A stretch of DNA of 64,000 nt from the human T2T-CHM13v2.0 reference genome, Homo sapiens: the NCBI RefSeq assembly GCF_009914755.1, contig NC_060935.1. One strand, written 5' to 3'. This document shows positions 11,081-24,330 of the stretch, piece after piece (the first letter of the stretch is position 1; each line of letters opens with the position of its first letter). The position numbers were made by a program, and so were the translations under genes. The notes below the pieces were generated by a model, which did not search any database, was not told the origin of the DNA, and saw only the letters and a program-made list of their open reading frames with translations.

Positions 11081-14000
11081 AGACTGCTGTGCCCCAGCAC
11101 TTAGTGAATGATTATATAGGACAGTTGAATGACACAAGTATACAGGATGTCAGCATGACAGGCGGCTAATACAATTTGAGGAGGAAACCAGATGAGGTAG
11201 AGTCAATACTAAAATGATTCCTGGAGGAGGTGAGCCCTACACAAGGCTGAAGAAGGTGGGTGTGTGCAGGGGTGGGTTTGAGTCCTTACAAATAGCTAAA
11301 GCCCTGCTGAGGTTGGTGGAGAGCCTGCTTTCTTGTTCAGTGTTTAGCAGCAAAGGGGGTGTCAGGCACCACATGCAGAGCTGGGCTTGCAGATCCCTCA
11401 AATGAACACACAGAGAGACCCTCAGGGGAAGCAGGATGCCATGACTGTGTAGTCACCTAGAACTGTGTTCTAAATCCAGCCCCAGCACTTCATGGCTGTG
11501 TGTGAGTTCTCACGTTGCATCTGTCCCAGCCCTGAGCCTCAGTTTTCTCATTTCTGAAATGGAAATAAAGTTATCTTCCTTGTAGGGCTCCTGCATATAC
11601 TATATAATATAAAATATATGAAGTACTCAGCCCAGGGCCTAAAACAACAGAAGATCAGAAAATGAGAGTGTTCTCCCCAACACACATACACACCCCTCCT
11701 CCTGCTTTCCCCATAGGCAGGGCCACTGCTACACACAGACTCTCCTTCATCTTCTTCCCCACCCCCAACTCAAGATCCAGAGGCCAGAGGAGGGCACTGC
11801 CCTTGCAGGAGGAAGTGGGACGTCAGTGTGGGAACGGCCCCAGGGTGGAAAGGATTTCCTGAGTCTGGAGATGAGAAGCTGGTGACAGAGGAGATTTGGA
11901 CCAGCTTCCTGACCCCCTAACCCCACTCCCCATGGGAGCTCCAGTTTCTCCACCCCGGCTATTTCTGGGAACCATGCCACCAAATATTTCTCCCTGCTTT
12001 CAAAGCCTCTGAATTAAAGTGTGCTAAACTACTGTGAACTAAGAACCCAGCTGGCTCCTTGTTTAAAGGTCATCTTAAAACCTTTAAAAGCAAAGAAATT
12101 TGACTTTCCTCTGAACACTGCGTCACTACTAATAATAACGCTCCTGGACAATTGTCTTGATGCTGTGCTTTTAAAAATTGCTTCACTGACCTAATCTCAT
12201 GTGATTCTCACATAGCTCCACAAAGTAGCTGGGGCCTGTGTCACCAGCCACCATTTACAGATGAAAAAACCAAAGCTCAGAAAGTTTGTATCTTGCAGAG
12301 GTGCTCAGTGGCAGAAATGAAATCATTCCAGGGCTCATTCCCTCTGCACAGGACAGGACCCAGGCCCACACAGCCATGTGGCAGTGAGAGCCAAACACCT
12401 TTCTGGGTAGCTGCACTGCAAAGGGAGCCCAAACCTTGGAGGCAGACAGTGCAGGGATATTCAAGTCTCAGTATGATCTGTGCGACCCTAAACAAGATGC
12501 TGTGTAGGGCTCAGTGTTCTCTTTATAAAATGGGAACGATGGATGCCCCATGCCTATCTCTAAAAATCAAACAAGAAGATGCCAATGTGAGTGCTTTCAG
12601 AATGTGGCATGCCAGCTCTATCATGGGATGAGGATGGTTTGGGTTGTTGTTGAAGCCCTTATGAGTAACAGCTGCTTTGCTGGCTAGTTGGAGGATTGAA
12701 TATATGCAGAGAGCCTGGTACAGAACCTGGCACACAGCAGGTACCCAGTAAATGGCAGTTATTTTCATTATATGCTGCAACGTGGTAACTGCCCATTTGG
12801 CTTCTAGTTTTATGTCCCCCAGGGCCGATTGGAGATCCTGATTATCAGCTGGAGACAGCCTGGTGTGGCCCTCACAGCCTACATTGACGGAAATATTGAC
12901 AATTTAGCAGCCAGTTGAGCAGTGATCCACACCCCTGATCCTTCAGAGAGACCAGCTGACCTGAGACCACGTCTGCTGGGCTAAGCGGAGTTTTCTTAGC
13001 TTCAGAATCCATAGAGTGAAATAATGTCCTCTAGTTACTCTGGATTTGTGGAAAATCTGCCCTTGGCGGTGCTTCATCCTCCTCCCAGCTTGCAGGTCTT
13101 ATGGTGGCTCCTTGGCCTCTGTGATTTGGTTTACAGAGACAGGGGAAGTATCTATCTGAAAGATAAATCTCTCTCTCTGACATGAATGGCTTTACTATTT
13201 TGGGAGGCTTTGAAATTCTGGGCTTACATGAGGCTCTGGATGTCTCTGGAATTTTCCCTATTTGTGCCCCAATTAGCAGGAACAATCAAGAGCTGTTTCT
13301 CTTTGCTCTTCCTCATAGCCATGCTGGAGGCATTCATAGGCACATCCTGGTGGAGGGTGATTTGGGTGGGTAGGAATGGACTTGTTCTGTTGACATTGGC
13401 ATGAAAGGACTAGAGTGCATCCATCATTCTATGGGTATTTAATGGGCCCTATGTTGAGCTGTGTTCTGGTAATACATTAGTAAAAATAGAGTCCCTGGCC
13501 CTATTCAGTTTCCTGTGGAATGCCAATAACTAGGCAAGCAAGTATAATACAGTAGGATAGGTGCTCTAGAAACAGCAAAGTGGTGTTTTACTCAACTTTG
13601 GGGTGTGTGTCAGGAAAGGCCTGGGTGAAGAGTGAGTATAAAAGGAACTAAAAATAGAATCCAATGGCATAGTCAAGAGACAAGAAGAGCTCAGAAAGCC
13701 ACAAAGGAAACTGAAGAGTAGCAGGAAAACCAGGGGGCAATAAGATGTATAAGCAAGGAAGGAGTGAAAATCAAAGGGCAAAATGGCTCATAGGAAACTA
13801 CAAACTGAGAAGTGCCTCCTAGATGTGGCCATCAGATCAATGGAGCTACCTGAGCGCACTTTCACTAAGGCAGTGAGGGGAAACCCACATCTCAGGGTTA
13901 AAGATGGAGTAGAATTTACATATCAGCAGCTCTTTCAAGAACTCTGGCTGGAAATGTGGCAAAATATTGAATCTGGGTGAATCAGGTACATGGGTATATA

Positions 14001-14856
14001 TTATACTCTTCTATTTTGGTTTGAAAATTTTTATAATATGAATTTTATTGTATTGGCTGAAGGAAAGGATGGCAGTAGAGCAGTGGCTAAGTTGAATATA
14101 AGTTTGGGCAGAGGGTTGTTTGTTTTAATGAAAGAGACTCAAACATGTTTAAATCCTGGTAAAAAGATGTGGCTAGAAAGGGAAAGGAATGAGGATGATT
14201 GAGGTAGGAGGGGATGGAGTCACAAAGACGTGGGGGGAGGATTTGTCTTAATGAGGAGAAGAGACTCTTGAGAATGGGGGACAATCTGTTCTCAAATGGG
14301 GGACAATCTGTTCTCAAATGGGGATGTAGATACAGGTAAGTTTTTAAAGGTTGGGAACCAGAAATTTGTGGAGCTAACCCTTGATTATCTTTGTTTTATC
14401 TGTCAAGTAGAGGCAAGATTGCCAGTAGAAATGATGGCCAGAGGAAATTTCTAGAACAGTTATTGAAGGGAACCAGAAAGGCAAAAGACGTTCTTCCAAA
14501 GCACTTGCAGCCCTGCACTAAGCCCTGAGTTCTGCATAGCCCAGGAGAAGGGGCCCTTTGTCATTTGCACCAGTGTTTTGGTGTGATAGCTGTGACCCTG
14601 GCACCAGGCTGCTGACCAGGGACCTCTGAAAGGCTTGGCAGAGAGCACTGAGGCCCTTCTAAACGTGAAAACCTTGTGCCCACTTGTGATGACCTCAATC
14701 TGCACATGCATGTGACAGTCTCTTGCCATGTTTAGAAGTCTGAGTATAAGAAGGAAGAAAGCAGATAGGTTAAAATCATCCATAGTTGAAGATTTGCCAG
14801 GTCAGTGCAAATCTTGTCAATGGCATAAAGGAGTTGGAAGTGTTAAGACAAAAGCT

Positions 14857-15298
<442 letters not shown>

Positions 15299-15713
15299 AT
15301 GTTAGTGATGGGCCACAGGATCAACACTGCAAAATGGGGAATGGGAAGACAGGCTGATAGATGGGGAGGTGGGAGAATGAAGGAGTGGTGGAAGGTGAGA
15401 TTTTGGTGAGGTCAAAGAAAAGGTGAGGGTGTGCAATCAAGTGAAAGTTCAGGAAGGATGCAAGATTAGGATGAGAGATTGTAATTATTTAACAGGTAGG
15501 AGCTGTGATATTCCTTTCATAGAAGAGTTCCAGGTATGGCAAGTTCTAGGTGTGGCCATGGAGTAAAGGGGCTAAAGTGGGCTAAGGAGGTGAACAGTGA
15601 TGAGATTGTTAGTGTTGTGAGCTGGGCATTGGATGTTTGTCTACAGTGACATCAAGCTTCCCTGGTGATGGTGGGAAGGGAGCAATGAGTAAGACCTGGG
15701 ATTAGATGCAAAG

Positions 15714-15714
<1 letters not shown>

Positions 15715-15757
<43 letters not shown>
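15715..15757. repeat. (TG)n microsatellite
   Basis: Perfect dinucleotide run. Confidence 0.95.
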
Positions 15758-15760
<3 letters not shown>

Positions 15761-16574
15761 CCATATAAAGGTTGAAGATGTTTCTTGACCTTTCCATGGA
15801 AAAAGTATTAGTCACACAGGTGGGAGAGCTGGAAGTCAAATCCAGGTATGTGTGATCCCTAAAATTGAGCTGTTATTTCAGAAAACTGCAAAGTAGAAAA
15901 TACTTGTTTTTGGAGTACTCTGCTGTTCTTTTAAAACATGATTAGTTTTGAGTATAGTCCTATAACTATGACCTTTATCCAAGGGTTAGGACATATCTCT
16001 TGCGGGGCCAACATTCAACACAATACAGGAGGCTAAGGCAGAAATTCAAGCACAGGGTGGGATGAGCTTGATATGAGCAGCCAGAGAGCAGCCAGCAAGC
16101 CTACCAAAGAAGAAGAGAGCCTCTGAGAAAACCTTCAGCCAGGCTCCTAGAACTTATCATCTTCCACCATAGCTTGCTATTCATCAGTCTCTGCAATAAT
16201 TGATGCTTGCTATTCATCAGGCTCTGTTGGCACCCAAGAAAGGATTCACCAGGCAAGCCCCCAAGGTCCCTTCCAATTCTGAGATTCTGTAAGACTTCTG
16301 AGATTGATAAATGTTTTGAACAGATAATGAATTCGGGGGATAGGGAACTGAGAGAAAGCTGGCAAACAATTGTCTAAAAAGATGAAAACCCCTGTGTTTG
16401 CCGTCTAGCTTAGGTGAGACTCCTGAATAAGGGAGCTCACTTCTGGGAGGGACGTTGAGGACAGGTGGGCCTTTCAACAGCCATTGAAAGCACCAGGTGG
16501 GGTTTCTTGGCTGGCCAGCATGGCCACCTCCAGTGCTTCTTGGCTGTATGCGTGGTGGTATGCCACAGCTCGCT

Positions 16575-16765
16575 GGTTTTCCACTGTGTCTTCTGGGGCC
16601 AGCAGCAGCAGCAGCACCATTACCTGGGGACTTGTTAGAAATGCACATTCCCAGGGCCACCCAAGACCAACTGAATCAAATACTGTGGGTGCAAGGCCCA
16701 GAAATTGTTGGTGCAGCAAGGTTTTCAGGTGATTGTAATGGCTGGGACAGGCTGGGGACCAGTGG
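16575..16765. mobile_element. MER5 hAT-Charlie element
   Basis: cctggggacttgttagaaatgcacattccc...ccaactgaatca...caggtgattgtaatg. Confidence 0.7.
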
Positions 16766-16769
16766 CACA

Positions 16770-17010
16770 CTGGCTAACAGCTCAGTTTTAGGATCACACA
16801 TACCTGGATTTGATTTCCAGTTCCCTCACCTGTGTGACTCCGGGCATGTTACCGCCTGGAATCAGTCTAAGCTCTAATTTTATTTTTATAAGTAAAATAG
16901 CAATAGCTACTTTATAGGCTTTTCAGAGAATCAAAAGAGGTAATAATATTTGTAAAGAACTTTCCACAATGCCTGGCATGTAATAAGCAGTCAACAAGCA
17001 ATTCTAATAA
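16770..17010 (+). mobile_element. MIR SINE
   Basis: acctggatttgatttccag...tgtgtgactccgggcatgttac...aatgcctggcatgtaataagc. Confidence 0.65.
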
Positions 17011-17120
17011 CAACAAAGTATTATTGCAACAACAGTGACTATTATGATTAGGCCATTAGTAGTCATCAGTTTCTTCTACACTGTGTCCTTAGAATGACTG
17101 CCTTTAAATCTGTGGCTCCA

Positions 17121-18027
17121 CTATTCACAATAGTGAAGACATGGAATCAACTTAAGTGTCCATCAACAATGGATTGGATAAATCAAATGTGGTACATATA
17201 TACCATGGAATACTATGCAGCCATAAAAAGAATGAAATCAACTGGATAAAACAAATGTGGTACATATACACCATGGAATACTATGCAGCCATAAAAAGGA
17301 ACAAGATCATGTCCTTTGCAGGGACATGGGTGGAGGGTAAAGCCATTATCCTCAGCAAACTAATGGAGGGAGGGACAGAAAATCAAACAACAAATGTTTT
17401 CACTTATAAGTGGGAGCTGAACAATGAGAACACATGGACAAAGGGAGGAGAAGAACACACACTGGGGCCTGTCAGGGGATGGAGAGTGGGGAGGAAGAGC
17501 ATTAGGAAAAATAGCTTATTACCTAGGTGATGGGTTGATAGATGCAGCAAACCACCACGGCACACATTTATCTATGTAACAAACCTGCACATCCTGCGCA
17601 TATATCCTGGAACTTAAAATAAAATTAAATTAAATTTTAAAAAAAGAATGGAATCATGTCCCTTGCAGCAGCATGGATGCAGCTGGAGGCCATAATCCTA
17701 AGCAAATTAAGTCAGGAACAGGAACCCAAATACCACATGTTTTTACTTATAAGTGGGAGCTAAACGATGAGTACTCATAGACATAAAGATGGCAACAATA
17801 GACACTGGGGACTACTAGAGTGGGGAGGGAGGTGGGGCAAGGGCTGAAAAACTAACTGTTGGGTACTATGCTTACTTTCTGAGTGATGGGATCAATCAAT
17901 CCCAAACCTCAGCATCGCGCAGTATACCCAGGTACCAAACCTGCACATGTACCCCCAGAATCTAAAATAAAAGTTGAAATTATTTTAAAAATTAAAAAAG
18001 AATGGTAACAAATAAAAAAAAAAAAAA
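17121..18027 (+). mobile_element. 5'-truncated L1 3' end (L1PB-like) containing a nested second L1 3' end (L1PA-like, 17241-17640)
   Basis: L1 ORF2-end/3'UTR motifs occur twice, with two A-tails. Outer TSD atctgtggctcca (17108-17120, 18038-18050); inner TSD aaaaagaatg[a/g]aatca (17225-17240, 17641-17656). Confidence 0.85.
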
Positions 18028-18203
18028 CCTTTTAAGCATCTGTGGCTCCAGCTACCAGGTTCCAGGCTTTTCTATGCCTCTGGGGCTGTTTCAGACAAGG
18101 CTTCCTGGCTGATACTCGACCTGCCAATTCAATTCTGCCTAAAATTCAACTTGACTTTGTCCATAGGTGGAAAGCAGTTGGCCTGAACTATCTCGATAAA
18201 TTA

Positions 18204-18274
18204 TTAAGTTGGTGCAAAAGCAATTGCCATCACTTTCAATGGCAAAAGCCACAATTACATTTGCACCAACCTCA
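18204..18274. mobile_element. MADE1 mariner MITE, internally deleted
   Basis: ttaagttggtgcaaaagcaattg...caattacatttgcaccaacctca, flanked by TA. Confidence 0.85.
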
Positions 18275-20463
18275 TAGTTGTGAAGGGGCTGCTTCTCCTG
18301 GGTCCTACACAGAGTTACAAGCCAGTGTTGTGAGTCAAGAATCGGTAGCCAGCACCAAGCAAAACAGCAAGGCCAGACTGTGACTAGGCAACCAAACTGC
18401 TGCTGCTCAGAGTGGCTTTTGCTTCCTGCTACCAGATTTATTATCATCTGTTTTTAATAACACATTTTCTTTGAGTGATTCAAAGCGCTTGAAAAATCTG
18501 TTTTGTTTGTAACAGACATCCACAAAGAACTTCAGTGCACATTTTTTTCTTGTTTGATCATCATCTTGACCACTTCATTAAACAGGCAAAACAAGACATA
18601 TTTTCTCCATTTCATAGATGAGGAAACTGAGTCCTTGAGAGGTTTAGTGGCTTGTCTAATCTAAAGTCGTGCAGCTAGTAGGTGGTAGAACCAGATCTAG
18701 AACCCACTTTTCCTGACTTCTGGTCTAATTCTCCTTCAAGTATTGCATGTGTCTTCCTAAAACAGAAATGAAAGCTCCCCCAAACCAGGTGAACTGAGCT
18801 CTAGAAAGTCCTCATTTTTTTGGTCTGAAATTCCCTTTTCTCTAATGGAAATCACTTCTTGCTGCTATTTGACCTAATTTCCTCTGGCTTGGGTCTCAGT
18901 GGGGAAGAGGAAGCCCTTTGGGACAAGAAAACAAGAAATTCCTTCCCAGCACGTCAGATCTGGGTCACCATCTGCTCCCCTCACCCCATGACCTTTGACT
19001 CCCTGGAGAGCTTAGGAAGGGTCAGGCCAGCCACAGGAGATGAGGTAAAAAGTGAGAAACTTCTTCTGGAGGTCTGTTTGCTTTGCAAGGAGCCCCTGGG
19101 ACAAGGGGGCCCTATGATCTTATTTTGCATGAATTCAACATCTCATGGGTGAGATTTTTTTTTTTTTTTTTTTTTTTACTGGATCCATATAATGCTCTTC
19201 TCTGTAACAACCTTTCTGAACTTACCTGAATCCCTGCAGTGATGTGGGTTCTGGTGGGGTGAAAGGGCTGAGGAGCAGAGCTCAGCCTGTGCTGACAGAG
19301 AGACACTGTCTATTCCTTGGAACAGACATTGGCATCCAGGAACATGCCAAGCCAGGTTATCAGCCTCCCTAGAACCCACTGGAAAGGCAGGAACTGAAAG
19401 TTGCTGATTTTGTGTGCAACCTCTTCAATCTCCCACTTCTCTCAAACATACACTATCAGCTCCTTGGCTCAAAAAGCCAGAGGGAGCCTGGCTCTAGGCT
19501 GTTCTATAGCAAGATATCTGAGGATGAGTTGCAGGGTTGGGGCTGGCACATGACCATCCTGGTTAGCAGGCGGTGGGTGAGTCTCGGTTCAGGCCTGAGC
19601 CTGAGCCTGCAGTGCTGTTGCCATAGCAACTACTACTTCCAGCTGCTAAGAAAACCCAGGCCTAGGTCTACACAGGCCAGGAGGAAGGTGGTTTCGGAGC
19701 TGAGTCCTGGGTCTTACCCTCTCAATTTCACTCCCGTCTTTGTCCTTGATTGCCCTAATCCTTCCAGGCTAGGGGGTAACGTGTCAGTCAGGAGACTTGT
19801 TCTCTATCATCCAAATTTGACAATTACTGAGAATTTGTTACGAACATTTTAGTAAATGTTAAAAACGCCAACTTTAAAAATTAAACCCAATTGTAGTCAT
19901 TTATTCATTTTTAAAGACATAGCAAAGTTCTTAATGTATATCCAGATGAAAGAGAAAATGCTTCCTGTCCTGCGGTCAGACATGCATCCTTCCTGCAGAA
20001 GGAAACTCTCTCACAGGATGTGAAAGGATAAAAGGAAACAGCTCACTTGATCAAATTAATTGAATGCAGTTGATTTCCGCCTCAATCCCCTTCCTTCCTT
20101 CTAAGAGTCCTGGCAGTGAGAGTCAGGTTAAAGTACCCATGAGATAAAACAACTGGGCAGAAAACTCCAAGGCCAACAGCAAACTTGTAGCTACTGAGAT
20201 TTGATATTCTGAGTCTGGGGCAGTGAACTTGGGGCTGGTTTAGTCACATTTTTCCTTACCCAGGAAGTTGTATTACCAACTGGATGCTGCCCCATCCTGG
20301 GCTCTGGGAATCTGTGACTCCAGCTGCTCCCTGGTAGGAGGAGAAGAAAATCAGGAACCTGCTATGCATGTGCCCCTCCCCCAGCAGGACCAGGCCCTGT
20401 TCTGCCCCAGTTGTAAAGGGTGACATTGAGCTGAGCTGCCACTCTGAGCCCCGGTAACCAGAC

Positions 20464-20878
20464 CACTATGGTTTGGATGTTTGTCCCCACAAACCTTATG
20501 TTGAAATTTGATCCCGATGTTGGAGGAAAGGCCTAATGAGAGATGTTTAGATCATGGGGGCAGATCTGTCATCAATAGATTAGTGCCTTCCCTGAGCAGG
20601 AGTGAGTGAGTTCTTGATCTCCTAGTTCTCAAGAGAGCCGGCTGTTCAAAAGAGCCTGGCACCTTCCTCCTCCCCTAACTCTCTTCCTTGCCATGTGATT
20701 TCTGCACTCACAGACTCCCTTCTGCCTTTCACCTTTTCCCAGGAGGGGAAGCAGCCTGAGGCCCTCACCAGATGGCCAACCTTCCAGCCAGCAGGATTGT
20801 GGGCTAAATAAACCTGTTTTCTGTATAAATTATCCAGCCTCAGGTATTCTTTTATAGCAACACATATGAACTAAGACA
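20464..20878 (+). mobile_element. MST (MSTB-like) MaLR solo LTR
   Basis: ctatggtttggatgtttgtccc...aaattatccagcctcaggtattcttttatagcaacac...taagaca; TSD cagac/tagac. Confidence 0.85.
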
Positions 20879-22214
20879 TAGACTGACCTCCACTGCCTGC
20901 TGGGCTCATGCAGGTAAGATACCTCCCTCCCCATGCCAATGACTGACTCCCATCATTTAACAAGCATTTCTTCAACACTTGTTGTGTATCTGTGAACATC
21001 TATTAAGAGCTCATAGTCTAGAGAAGGAGACAAATCCGTAAACAATTTGATACAGTGCAGGAATGCATGCAATAGGAACAAAGGGAAGAGCCAACCAACC
21101 CAGGAGGAGGTGACACCTGACATGAATAGAAGGAGAGAAAGGCCTTCCAGAAAAAGCAGAGGTAGAGGGGTAACCTCATGGTGTGTTACCATGGTACATC
21201 TTATAACAAAATGGCTTCTTGAGGATGACTGAACTCTCTAAGGAATAAAAAGCATAATTAGTTATAAACATACACACACACGCACACACACCCTACACAC
21301 ATACCTATCATAAACTGTAACGTGTTCCCAAGGTGCCTTCCATAATGGAAAGCCATCCAGAGGAAGTCATCCAAGCTGACCAAGTGCCACATTCATTCTG
21401 GCGCCTTGTCTCCTTGTCAGCTCCTGCCTCCTGGGGTCTAAATTTACCCAAGGACTCTGTCCTCCATTCATCCCCTCTCACCTTTGCATTTCAGCCAGTT
21501 TAGGCTAGCCTAGTCCTCGATCTTGCTCCTGCTCCCACTGGGCGTGGCTTGCTACACTGACTAGGTTGCTGTATAGTCTGTGTTAATGGTGCCCCTGATC
21601 CCACCAGGGCCGCCCTGCTATTTTATTAGCATTCTCCCATCCCTCACTGGCAGCTTTAAGTGGTCTTGCCCTGGCATAGGGCTAAAACATGACCTGCAGC
21701 TCTGTTAATCCACTTTATAGAATCACAGCTCCAATGAAGCTAAGTATATGGTTTCTCTAAATGACTCAGGGGCCACTGCAGTAGGGTCAGGGCACCCCAG
21801 CCCCTCAGTCAGAGCTTTTCTCTGTTCCCTCGTTGTATATGACTCCATGTAAAATTTCATTCAAAAATCACTGCTCTGTACAATGATCATTTGTTAGTAT
21901 ACAATTTATAAAAAGAAAAAGAAAAGCATAATTCTGCTGCAGTGTTGGAATCTTTTATAAACCTCCCCAACTAGCTAGAAGAAAACCTGTCAGAGCTGAG
22001 GGCTGCTTGGAAGGTGATTTCTGACCCTGCTTTTCTGCCTCTTTCCTTCTCATTCTACTGCTCATGCTGCCCCTGCCCCTGCAAATTCATTATTGTTTAT
22101 AAACCCTTTATCTTAGGGGTATCAAATAGCTTCAGATCCTCACTACAATGGTTCAAGTTGAATACTTTTCGTTCACCATTTTTATGTAACTATTTAATTA
22201 TATATAGTTTATAT

Positions 22215-22375
22215 CAATGTTCTCAAACTTGAGTGAGCATCGGAATCACCTGCAGAACTTGTTAGAACCCTGAGCACTGGGCTGCACTCAGGTCGGAGGT
22301 GGGGCATGGGTTTGCAATTCTAAGTTTCCAGTTGACTCTGATGGTGCTAGTCCAGGGACCACACTTTAAGAAACA
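22215..22375. mobile_element. MER5A
   Basis: ttctcaaacttgagtgagcatcggaatcacctg...ccagggaccacactttaagaa. Confidence 0.7.
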
Positions 22376-23839
22376 CGAGTTTTCATGAATACAATCTAAA
22401 GTTAGCACAAATCATTCTTAAGGCACCAAGAACACAGATGAATTTAAGAACACAAGGAAAGGATGACCCTGAGCAGTAGATAGTAATTTTGCTCAGCTTG
22501 GGGTGGACCTGCAAGGGTGAGATTGTGAGAAGAAGGTTAATAGAGACAGGTTGCAGGGGGGTGAGGTTGGGGCAGGGGATAGGAGGTAAGGTGAAAGGTT
22601 AAACGTAATATTCTAGAGAAAGTGCTTGCACAGCACCCTTTACATTGTAGACACTCAACTTGCACTAGGTCATATCCTTGTCATAAAATTATGTACAGCT
22701 AAAGATGATTTTAAAATATTATTGGGCGTGTTTATTCATTCACTTATTCCACAAAATATTTGTGTCTACTACTACTTTCAGAGCTTAGTGAGCAGCACTG
22801 TGGATACAAAGATACAAAGTCACTTTCCCTGCCTTTGAGTTGTGCTTCCTGCAGTAGGTGAGCCAAGTACATGAATGGATGAATGCCATGTGGGATGGCA
22901 CAGGAGGTGGTGGTGCAGGTGGAAGTGGTGATAAAGATGAAAATAGTGGTAGAGGTAGTATGGGTGGTAGTGTTGGTGGAGGTTGTGTTGTTTTTATTGC
23001 AGGTGGTGTTGATGGTAGTAATAATTTTCTCTACCAGGCTCTACCTATGTGCCAGGTATTGGGATAACACCTTCTGTATCTTATGTACTCACTCCCCCGA
23101 CAACATACCAAGAGACAGGCATTCTTATCCATGTTTGATAGATGTGGGGACCCAACTTGTCTGTAGTCAGTTAGCTCATAATTAAGTGGCATATCAAGAT
23201 TCACAGACAGGTCTGTCCAACTTCAAGGTACCAGCCCTTAACCCTCTTGACTGCCACATTGGTCTGTGCTACACCGTTTGCTATGGGCAGAAGACCTTGA
23301 ACTGTGTCTGGAGAAGATTATGTTAGGTCACCTCTCCCAAAGAATGTACTGCTTCTGCTGTGGCTCTGAAAGACAAAGTGGAGGAAGGCACTCCAACAAA
23401 AATGCAGCATTTAGTTTGAGACTTAAGTCTACGTAATAAAAATAAAAGTAACTTTTTGCTCACTAAAAAATAAATAATGCACATATGACTTGGCTAAATA
23501 AAGAATGCAAATATGACTTGGCTAGTCAGGACAGACTTATTTATAGAGACAGTTGGGAGTCGGCTTTGGTGCGTGACGAGAGAGGTCCCTGGGAAAGCAG
23601 AGAGGAGCTGAAGGTGGCCCAGAGCCAGCCGTGCTCACATGAAGAACAATCAGAGCATCCATCAAAGTGAATGTGGCAGTCCTGGAGAGGCCCGGAACTC
23701 AGAGCCACAGGAGACTCAGTAAGGACACCAGCCAAAGAAAATAGTAATCTAAAATGATCCCAGAGAGAAAAGATCTTTCTAAAAGATGTGTTCCACAGAT
23801 GAATTTGCTGAAGCACTTCCATATTTGTGAATGGAAATT

Positions 23840-24330
23840 CAGTTACTGTGACTGCCTAACAAATCACTTTAACCTAATAGCAAAAAGCAGCCATTATTAT
23901 GCTCTCAGTCTGCAGGTCAAGAATTTGGACAAGGCATGGCAGGAACAGCTTGTCTCTGCTCCATGCTATCTGAGGTCTTAGTTGCAAGGCTCAAAGGCTC
24001 AGGGCTTAGAATCATTTGAAGGTTCTTCCTCATACATGTTTGGGGGATGATGCTGTTTCGGGGGCTTCAGTTCCTCTCCACTTAAATGTTTCCCTGTGAT
24101 CTCTGCATGGGTTAGTTTGGGCTTCCTTCCAGCCTGGGTTCTGGGTTCCAAGGGTGAGCGTCCTGAGTGAGAAAGAATTAGGTAGAAACCGTATCACTAT
24201 GTGGACCTGATCTTAGAAGTTGTGCAGCACCACATCGGCCACGTTCTATTTGTCAAGGTAGTTACAAAGGCTTCCCAGGTTCCCGATTTACTTGGTGTGA
24301 ATGTCAAGATTTTGAAAAAATACGTGGGAC
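23840..24330 (-). mobile_element. MLT1 (old MaLR) LTR
   Basis: caggtcaagaatttggacaaggc...agcttgtctctgctcca...ccacgttctatttgtcaag; subfamily unresolved. Confidence 0.55.

Noticed and set aside
19412-19852. 146-aa ORF in unique DNA
   Set aside because: GTG start, no recognisable domain or exon structure, and a length compatible with chance in 64 kb
22858-23185. Gly-rich and Val-rich ORFs
   Set aside because: Produced by a degenerate (GGT)n low-complexity tract running into a MIR; no gene structure
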